Of a stretch of 64,000 nucleotides of DNA, positions 55,478 to 64,000 are shown piece by piece. Position 1 is the stretch's first letter; the number at the start of each line of letters is the position of its first letter. The notes under the pieces are model-generated. The model was given only the letters and a program-made list of their open reading frames with translations, ran no database searches and was not told where the DNA came from. The position numbers and the translations under genes were made by a program. The DNA is from Candidatus Krumholzibacteriia bacterium (GTDB taxonomy: Bacteria > Krumholzibacteriota > Krumholzibacteriia > LZORAL124-64-63), in contig JAWOID010000079.1 in NCBI GenBank assembly GCA_046484865.1, positions 19,548 to 83,547 on the forward strand. Direction: 5' to 3'.

Positions 55478-56752
55478 TCAGCGCACCGCCGCCACCACGA
55501 GCGCCGTCACCACCAGGTTCACCAGCCCCAGGGGCAGCATGATCTTCCAGCCGAGGGACATGAGCTGGTCGTAGCGGAAGCGCGGCAGCGTCCAGCGCAC
55601 CCAGATGAAGAACCAGCTGAAGAAGACCACCTTGCCCAGGAAGGCTCCCACCTGGGCCACCGTGGCGTACAGGGACGATCCGGCGGCGGTGAGGCTCCAC
55701 GGCTGCATCAGCAGGGCCAGCACCGCGATGACGGCCACCCCGGCGGCCACCACGCCCAGGACCGCCGGCTCACGGTCACGGGCGTCGCGGAACTTGCCGC
55801 GCTCGCGCTGGGCCCGGCGGAAGTAAGCCGCGGCCGCCCAGGCGCCGAACGCCGCCACCGCGACGAGGGTGAGCGTGAGCAACGGGCCCGCGTTGGCTTC
55901 CAGCACCGGACGCGGCAGCCACGGGATCTGGTAACCGCCGAAGAAGAGCGTGGCGATGATGGCCGCGGCCACGATCATGTGGGCGTACTCCGCCATGAAG
56001 AACAGCGCGAACTTCAGACTGCTGTACTCCAGGTGGAAGCCCGCGACGATCTCCGACTCGCCTTCCGGCAGGTCGAAGGGATTGCGGTTGGTCTCGGCGA
56101 ACACCGACGTGAGGAAGAGGATGAACCCCAGCGGCTGCAGCACCACGCCCCACATGGGGAGGAAGCCGAAGAGGAGCTGTCCCTGGCCGGCGGCGATCTC
56201 CGTCAGGCGCAGCGTGCCGAAGATCAGCAGCAGCCCCATCACGGCCAGCCCCATGGTGATCTCGTAGCTGATCATCTGCGCCGAGGCGCGCACGCCGCCG
56301 AGGAAGGTGAACTTGTTGTTGGACGCCCAGCCGCCCATCACCACGCCGTAGGTGGCCAGGCTGGCGATCGCCAGGATGTAGAGGATGCCCACGCTGAGGT
56401 CGGCCACCACCAGCGGCACCGGTCGTCCGTTCACCAGCAGGTAGTCGCCGAAGGGGATCACGGCGTAGGTGCTGAGCGCCACCGCCATCACCACGAACGG
56501 AGCGAGCGCGTAGAGGACCCGGTGCCGGTTGCGCGGCTTGATGTCCTCCTTGAAGACGAGCTTGAACACGTCGGCGATGGGGTGGACGAGCCCGGCCAGC
56601 CGGATGCCCAGGATGGACGCGCGGTTCGGCCCGGTCCGGTCCTGGATGAAGGCCGCTCCCTTGCGCTCGGCCCAGATCAGCGGCGGCAGCAGCCCCATGA
56701 TCACCAGGAACATGAACAGGATCTTCAGGAGCGTCTCGACGACCAGTTCCAT
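55478..56752 (-). CDS. nuoH: Complex I subunit H (with insertion)
   Basis: ERK..QDRTGPNR, AQMISYE, ETNRNPFDLPEGESE, RFRYDQLM. Confidence 0.95.
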   Translation of the reverse strand: MELVVETLLKILFMFLVIMGLLPPLIWAERKGAAFIQDRTGPNRASILGIRLAGLVHPIADVFKLVFKEDIKPRNRHRVLYALAPFVVMAVALSTYAVIPFGDYLLVNGRPVPLVVADLSVGILYILAIASLATYGVVMGGWASNNKFTFLGGVRASAQMISYEITMGLAVMGLLLIFGTLRLTEIAAGQGQLLFGFLPMWGVVLQPLGFILFLTSVFAETNRNPFDLPEGESEIVAGFHLEYSSLKFALFFMAEYAHMIVAAAIIATLFFGGYQIPWLPRPVLEANAGPLLTLTLVAVAAFGAWAAAAYFRRAQRERGKFRDARDREPAVLGVVAAGVAVIAVLALLMQPWSLTAAGSSLYATVAQVGAFLGKVVFFSWFFIWVRWTLPRFRYDQLMSLGWKIMLPLGLVNLVVTALVVAAVR

Positions 56753-58334
56753 CAGCTCTCCCCTCCCGCGGGAGCGGCGGCGAACCGGTCGGGCACCAGG
56801 CCCTGGTCCGGCAGCAGGTTCAGGTCCACGGCGTTCCCCAGCTCAAGCTCCTCGCCGACGAGGCGCCTCACCGCCGGCAGTCCGGCGGGAACCTCGGCTT
56901 CGCCGGCGGCCGCGAGCAGGTCGACCAGGACGCGCCAGTCCTCGCGGGCGCTCCCCGGCCGGGCGATGGCGCGCTGAGCGCGCTGGATGCGGCCCTGCTT
57001 GTTCACCCAGAGCCCGTCCTTCTCCGCCCACATGCTCAGCGGCAGCACCACGTGGGCCAGCCGCGAGGTGGCGCCCGCGAGCACGCCCCAGTACACGACG
57101 GTCGCGGCATCCCGCAGCGCGCCCGCCACCGCCTCGTGCGCCGCCGGGTCGCCGCCGTACACCAGCACGGTACGACCGGCCGCGGCAGCGACACGCGACG
57201 CCAGTTCCTCGGCCCCGACCTCCTCCAGCCCCAGCCAGCGCAGCGCCATCCGGTTGGGAGTGCGATCGCCGTCCAGCAGCAGGTCGTCGCCGGACGAGCG
57301 GTCTTCGTCCGCCGCTGCGCTCACCACGGGCACGTCCCCCAGCCGGCGCGCCAGGAGCCTGGCCAGCGTCAGCTCCTCCAGGGTCTGGTGGGGGTTCACG
57401 ACCACCAGGCCGACTCCACCGGGGACGACGTGCCGCCGGGTCTCGTCCCAGCCCGCACGCCAGGTCACGACGCGCTGCTCGTCTCCTTCGCCGCGCAGCA
57501 GGGGCTCGGTGATGCGGCGCTCGTCGTGCAGGGCCTTGTAGGTCATGCGTCCGATGTCGCAGGTCCAGGGACCGTTCACCGCGTCGTTGCGGCGCGGCTT
57601 CAGCCGGTAGACCCGTCCGCCTTCGTGATCGATGCGGATGTTGCACCCGGTCGCACAGCCCGGACAGACCCCGGGGGTGCTCCTCAGCAGCCACACGCGC
57701 CGCCGGAACCGGAAGTCGCGGCTCGTGAGCGCCCCCACCGGGCAGATGTCCACCGTGTTGAGACTGTAGTTGTTGTCCAGTTGCACGCCTGGCGCCACGT
57801 CCAGCTCGGCGCGGTCGCCGCGGTTGAAGATGCCCAGCTCGCCGGTGCCGGTGACCTCGTCGCAGAACCGCACGCAACGGCTGCAGAGGACGCAGCGCTC
57901 CTGGTCGAGGATCACGTGCGGTCCGATGACCTTGGCCTTGCGCTTGAGGACCTTCTCCTTCTTGGCCACCTCGGACTCGTAGAGACCGTAGTCCATGTAC
58001 TGGTCCTGCAGCCCGCACTCGCCCGCCTGGTCGCAGATGGGACAGTCGACCGGATGGTTGATCAGGTGCATCTCCAGCACCTGCTTCACCGCCTGGTTCA
58101 CCCGCTTGCTCTTCGTCTGCACCACCATCCCGTCGCGCACCATGGTGTTGCAGGCGATGGTGAGCTTGGGCATCCCCTCCACGTCCACCTGGCACAGCCG
58201 GCAGGCGCCCGCGATGCTCAGATCGGGGTGGTAGCAGAAGTGCGGCAGCGGCTCGCCCCGGGCGAGCGTGCAGGCCTCGAAGAGGCGCGTCCCCTCGACG
58301 ACCTCGATCTCCTGCCCGTCGATGGTCAGCTTGG

Positions 58335-58338
<4 letters not shown>
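56752..58338 (-). CDS. nuoG: Complex I subunit G (short, 528 aa)
   Basis: Start MTKLTIDG; FCYH..CRLC, HPVDCPICDQAGEC, CVLCSRC..CP, CPGCATGC. Confidence 0.93.
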
Positions 58339-59680
<1,342 letters not shown>

Positions 59681-59684
<4 letters not shown>

Positions 59685-60229
59685 GCTCCCTCCTCCAGCG
59701 CGCGGTCGGTGTCGGCCGGCGGCACCACGCCCTTGCGCAGGCTCTCCAGCAACGCGTCCACCTTCTCCGGGGTCAGGTGCTCGTAGAAGTGCTTGCCGAG
59801 CTGCAGCACCGGCCCCAGACCGCAGGCGCCCAGGCATTCCACGCCCTCGAGCTGGAAGACCCCGTCCGGGGTGCGCTCACCGAGCCGGATACCCAGCCGC
59901 TTCTCCAGGTGGGCAATGATGCTGCGGGCGCCGAGGATGTGGCAGCTGATGTTGTGGCAGACCTGCAGCACGTACTTGGCCTGCGGCTCGGTCCGGAACA
60001 TGGTGTAGAACGTGAGCACCTCGTGGACGCGCGCGCGCGTCACTCCGAGCGCCTCCACCAGGTAGTCCACGCCCTCGTCCGGCACGTACCCGAACTCGTC
60101 CTGGATCACCCAGATGCACGGCATCAGGGCGCTGTCCACGGTCGGATACCGCTCCTCGAGCGCGGCGATCCGCTGGCGGCTCTCCTGCGACAGCGTGAAC
60201 CCGCTGTCCGCTTCGCTGGTCTTGCTCAT
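59681..60229 (-). CDS. nuoE: Complex I subunit E
   Basis: TFYTMF, CHNISC, ECLGAC. Confidence 0.95.
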
Positions 60230-60254
60230 GGACCGGACGTCCTCCCGCACCGGC

Positions 60255-61970
60255 TCAGTGATCCAGTTCCCCGGCGATGATGTTCAGGCTGCCGAGGGTG
60301 GCGATGGCGTCGGGGATCATACCCCCGGTGATCAGCTGCTCGAACGCGTTGAAGATGTAGAAGCACGGCGGCCGCACCCGCAGACGGTAGGGGCGTCCGC
60401 TGCCGTCCGAGACGCACAGGAAGCCGAGCTCGCCGTTGGCCGCCTCGCCGAACCCGTACGACTCGCCCTGCGGCACCTGGATCCCCTCGTAGACCAGCTT
60501 GAAGTGGTTCATCACGCCTTCGATCGTGTTGTACACCCGCTCCTTGGGCGGCAGGATCACGCGCGGGTCGTCCACGTTCATGGGCCCGCCCGGCAGGCGG
60601 TCGAGCGCCTGCTCCACGATGCGCCGGCTCTGCTCGATCTCGGCGAACCGCAGCATGAGGCGGCCGTGGGTGTCGCCGGTGTCCACCGTGGGGATCTCGA
60701 AGTCGTAGTCCTCGTAGCCGTGGTACGGCGCCTGCTTGCGCAGGTCGTAGTCCACCCCGCAGGCGCGCAGCGTGGGCCCGGTGAACCCGTAGTCCATGGC
60801 GTCCTCGCGGCTGATGGCGCCCACGCCCACGGTGCGGTCCAGGAAGATGCGGTTGCGCGCGATCAGCCCCATCACGTCCTTGACGCCGGCCTGGAGCTGC
60901 TTCAGATGATGGCGGACCTCGTCCTCGAACCCCTCGTAGAGGTCGTGGCTCATGCCGCCGATGCGCGCGTAGTTGGTGGTGAGCCGGCTGCCGCAGAGCT
61001 TCTCGATGATCTGGTAGATGCCCTCGCGGACGTTGTACAGGTACCAGTAGTTGGTCAGTGCACCGATGTCCACCAGGTTGGCCGAGTTGCACACCAGATG
61101 GTCGATGATCCGCGACAGCTCGCTCACGATGACCCGCGTCACCTGGCAGCGCTCCGTCACCCGCACCCCCATCATCTTCTCCACGGCCAGCGCGTAGATC
61201 ACGTTGTTGAGCATGGCCGAGCAGTAGTTCAGGCGATCCGTGTATGGCATCACCTGGGCCCAGGTGTGGTCCTCCGACTCCTTCTCGAAGCAGCGGTGCA
61301 GGTAGCCGATCTCGGTGCGGGCGTCCACGATCGTCTCGCCGTCCAGCAGCACCTCGGCACGCAGGGTGCCGTGGGTGGCCGGATGACTCGGGCCGATGTT
61401 CACCGGCAGCAGGTCCGAGGGGTGCAGCTCGTCGCCCCCGGTCGCCCGGGCGAAGGCGCTGGCCCGGCGGGCGGCCACGGCGATGGCGTGGTCGTCGAAG
61501 AGCTTCTCGGGAACGGTACACTCCTGCCCTTGCTCGACGGGATAGTCCTTGCGCAGGGCGTGTCCCTCGAACTCGTGGTGGCAGAGGATGCGGCGCAGGT
61601 TCGGGTGATTCCGGAACGGAATCCCGAACATGTCCCACGACTCGCGCTCGGCCCAGTTCGCCGAACGGTACAGGCCGCTGGCCGAATCGAGCGCCGCGCC
61701 CTCCTCCACGTCCACCTTCACGCGGATGCGGTCGTTGTGGGAGAGCGAGCGCAGGAGGTAGTTCACCTCGAAACGCTGGCTGCGGTCGGGGTAGTCCACC
61801 GGGGCGATGTCGGAGAGTTGCTCGCAGGCGAGCCGGTGCTTCAGGTGGCCGAGCACGGGCAGGATCTTCTCCGGCGTCACCCAGACGCACTCGTCGCCGT
61901 GGAAGGAGGCCGCCCGCAGGATATCGGGTCCGAACTCCTTCTGCAGGCCTTCGACCAGTCTTCGACTCAT
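60255..61970 (-). CDS. nuoCD: Fused complex I subunits C/D
   Basis: WAERESWDMFG..HPNLRR..LRKDYP followed by GPSHPATHG, GYLHR, DRLNY, GELDH. Confidence 0.95.
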   Translation of the reverse strand: MSRRLVEGLQKEFGPDILRAASFHGDECVWVTPEKILPVLGHLKHRLACEQLSDIAPVDYPDRSQRFEVNYLLRSLSHNDRIRVKVDVEEGAALDSASGLYRSANWAERESWDMFGIPFRNHPNLRRILCHHEFEGHALRKDYPVEQGQECTVPEKLFDDHAIAVAARRASAFARATGGDELHPSDLLPVNIGPSHPATHGTLRAEVLLDGETIVDARTEIGYLHRCFEKESEDHTWAQVMPYTDRLNYCSAMLNNVIYALAVEKMMGVRVTERCQVTRVIVSELSRIIDHLVCNSANLVDIGALTNYWYLYNVREGIYQIIEKLCGSRLTTNYARIGGMSHDLYEGFEDEVRHHLKQLQAGVKDVMGLIARNRIFLDRTVGVGAISREDAMDYGFTGPTLRACGVDYDLRKQAPYHGYEDYDFEIPTVDTGDTHGRLMLRFAEIEQSRRIVEQALDRLPGGPMNVDDPRVILPPKERVYNTIEGVMNHFKLVYEGIQVPQGESYGFGEAANGELGFLCVSDGSGRPYRLRVRPPCFYIFNAFEQLITGGMIPDAIATLGSLNIIAGELDH

Positions 61971-62094
61971 GCTCGCATCGTCCCTCTTGGCGCGGGGCCC
62001 TTGGCGTCAGGCATCCGGTGGGAGTCCATCCGGACGCGGTTCATCCGGGCTCACTGGCCGGCCGCCATGGTGCGGATGCCGGCGGACCGGCCGC

Positions 62095-62601
62095 TCAGCC
62101 GGCGGCCCGTTCGGCGTGACGGACGTGGGACGGTCGCAGCCCCTCGCGCTCGACCTGTTCCTGGACCTGCACCAGTCCGTACATGAGGTTCTCGGGCGTC
62201 GGCGGACAACCGGCCACGTAGACGTCCACCGGCATGATCTTGTCGATTCCTTGCAACGTGTGATAATTCTTGTAGAATCCGCCGCTGCACGCACAGACGC
62301 CCATGGAGATCACCCACTTGGGCTCCGCCATCTGGCTGTACACGGTCTTGAGGATGGGCGCCATCTTGTAGCTGACCGTGCCGGCGATGATGATCAGATC
62401 CGACTGGCGGGGCGAGAACCGCACCAGTTCGGCCCCGAAGCGGCTGATGTCGTTGTACGACGACACCGTGCTCATGAACTCGATGGCGCAGCACGCCGTG
62501 CCGAACGGCAAGGGCCAGAGGCTGTACTTGCGCCCCCAGTTCACCGCCTGGCGCAGGCGCGTGGTCAGGAAGTTGCTGGGCTTCTCCAGGTCTACTGCCA
62601 T
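62095..62601 (-). CDS. nuoB: Complex I subunit B
   Basis: Start MAVDLEK; TACCAIE, SPRQSD, GCPP. Confidence 0.95.
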   Translation of the reverse strand: MAVDLEKPSNFLTTRLRQAVNWGRKYSLWPLPFGTACCAIEFMSTVSSYNDISRFGAELVRFSPRQSDLIIIAGTVSYKMAPILKTVYSQMAEPKWVISMGVCACSGGFYKNYHTLQGIDKIMPVDVYVAGCPPTPENLMYGLVQVQEQVEREGLRPSHVRHAERAAG

Positions 62602-62963
62602 TCCAGGCCGCCTTTCTTCCACTCGTAGACGAGCCCCACGACGAGCACGAGCAGGAAGACTCCCGCCGTACCCAGCGCGTACGCGGCATGGCCGGCGTCC
62701 ACGAAGCTGTTGTAGACGATCACCCACGGGTAGAGGAAGACCGCCTCCAGGTCGAACAGCAGGAAGAGGAGGGCCACCAGGAAGAAGCGCACGAAGAACC
62801 GGATCTGGATGGTGCCACGAGGCGGGATCCCGCACTCGTAAGTGGTCTCCTTGAGCGCCTGGGGCCGGTTCGGGCCCAGCCAGTAGCTCAGGCCGATGAA
62901 GAGCCCCGAGAAGGCCGTGGCGGCGGCCAGCACCATCAGGACCGGCAGGTAGGCTTCCATCAT
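62592..62963 (-). CDS. nuoA: Complex I subunit A
   Basis: YECG, FLLFDLEAVFLYPW, YEWKKGGLEW. Confidence 0.95.
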   Translation of the reverse strand: MMEAYLPVLMVLAAATAFSGLFIGLSYWLGPNRPQALKETTYECGIPPRGTIQIRFFVRFFLVALLFLLFDLEAVFLYPWVIVYNSFVDAGHAAYALGTAGVFLLVLVVGLVYEWKKGGLEWQ

Positions 62964-63044
62964 CGCTGTGTCTCCTCGTCCCCGGGCGATCGCTCTCGGC
63001 CCGGACGCGGCGCGGAGGGTGTCGGTTCGCTAACAGCCCGGCGG

Positions 63045-63073
63045 AACATAAACCGGCACCGGCCTGCTGCCAA
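63045..63073 (-). promoter_or_regulatory. sigma70 promoter of the nuo operon
   Basis: TTGGCA-N17-TATGTT. Confidence 0.6.
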
Positions 63074-63367
63074 GGATTTTAGGTCGCGGCCCGGCGGTCC
63101 GCCGCCATTACCGTACTGTTTTCATCGACTTTCGGAGTCTGTTGCCGGCCAGCCGTTCCGGGCGGTCCGGGTTCACTGGCCCCGCCCAGCGGTCGCCCCG
63201 GCACCCCCGTCCCGGGAGGCTGCCGCAGACCGGACGATCGTCCGCCACTCGACCGTCCGGCTCCCTGCCAGCGGTGGCCGGAGAACATCCGCTCGGCGCC
63301 TCCGGGAATCGAGGCCGCCCCGGGGCTGCGGCGGCCAATAGCCTGCGTCCACGGCCGGCAGGTCGTC

Positions 63368-63382
63368 TGGTACGGGGGTTGC
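63368..63382 (+). promoter_or_regulatory. sigma54 promoter for the TPR gene
   Basis: TGGTAC-GGGGG-TTGC, about 54 nt above ATG 63436. Confidence 0.75.
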
Positions 63383-63435
63383 GTCGACAGGGGCGGCGAC
63401 GTCCATGCGGGTCGTCGCCCAACCGAGGAGACGTC

Positions 63436-64000
63436 ATGTCGCATCCCGCTGGAGCCGAGACCGCGGCCACCGTGCCGGCGGAGTTCCCCGATGACCTGCC
63501 CCGGGCGGTCGAGGAGGGCAAGCAGGCCCTGGCCGCCGGCGATCTCGCCGGCGCGCTGGACGCCTTCGCACTCGTCGTCGAGCGCTTTCCCGCGCAGCCC
63601 GAGGGTCACAACAACCTGGGCGCCCTGTATACCGCCGTGGGCCAGCACGCGCGGGCCGAGGAGTGCTTCTGCCGGGTGCTGGAACTGCTGCCGGACCAGC
63701 CCAACGTGCTGTACAACCGGGGCATCGTCCGCTCCCGCCGCCAGGATCACGAGGGCGCCGCGGCCGATTTCGCACAGGTGGCGGCCATCGTCCCCGACGA
63801 CGCCGACGCCTGGAACAACCTCGGAGTCTCCCTCTACATGCTCGATCGCTTCGAGGAGGCTCGCGACCGGTTCCGTGACGCGCTGCAGCGGCGTCCGGAC
63901 AGCGTGAACGCCGCGCTCAATCTGTGCGACGCGCATCTCGCCCTGGGGCAGGTGGCCACCGCCGCGGCCGACCTGCGGTCCTTCCTGGTGCTGCGCGACG
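63436..64000 (+). CDS. TPR protein, 3' end outside the window
   Basis: ATG after GAGGAG; MSHPAG..EGHNNLGALY..VLYNRG..AWNNLGVSL repeats; absent from the ORF track because it has no stop. Confidence 0.85.
   Translation, partial: MSHPAGAETAATVPAEFPDDLPRAVEEGKQALAAGDLAGALDAFALVVERFPAQPEGHNNLGALYTAVGQHARAEECFCRVLELLPDQPNVLYNRGIVRSRRQDHEGAAADFAQVAAIVPDDADAWNNLGVSLYMLDRFEEARDRFRDALQRRPDSVNAALNLCDAHLALGQVATAAADLRSFLVLRD

Overview
A high-GC bacterial chromosomal window with three blocks. (1) About 1-38.4 kb is a large flagellar cluster: motA, flbD, flgE, flgD, fliK, motE/ylxF, fliJIHGFE, flgCB, flgM, two short flagellins, flaG, fliD, fliS, fliT-like, csrA, fliW and flgLKNJIHAGF. Embedded in it are two sigma54 enhancer-binding response regulators, two cytoplasmic histidine-kinase-family genes (one sensorless with a degenerate H-box), an exported TPR-like protein, a second FlgN-like protein and a GNAT + GT2/TPR pair. 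(2) About 38.6-48.9 kb holds a REC-PAS-HK hybrid, a PilZ protein, a 29-aa basic protein (bS22-like) missed by the ORF track, IHF/HU, a GlmU-like protein, a pentapeptide-repeat protein, an unknown 480-aa protein, an SSA dehydrogenase, a Cys-rich secreted protein with a TWxxVKxxYR tail and a galactose-binding-like protein. (3) About 48.9-63 kb is a complete nuoA-N complex I operon (fused NuoCD, short NuoG, enlarged NuoH), followed by a divergent TPR gene that runs off the window. Reading the DNA gives six sigma54 (-24/-12), two or three sigma28 and several sigma70 promoter motifs, which outline a multi-tier flagellar hierarchy. The most novel-looking elements are the sigma54-driven TPR/FlgN-like/pseudokinase/bEBP module heading flgB, a FlgJ fused to a lytic transglycosylase, and a candidate sigma54-dependent sRNA upstream of IHF. 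Gene content suggests an FCB-group candidate phylum such as Krumholzibacteriota/Latescibacterota; this is inference only. I saw no CRISPR array, rRNA, tRNA or mobile element. All calls are by motif recognition, without database searches.
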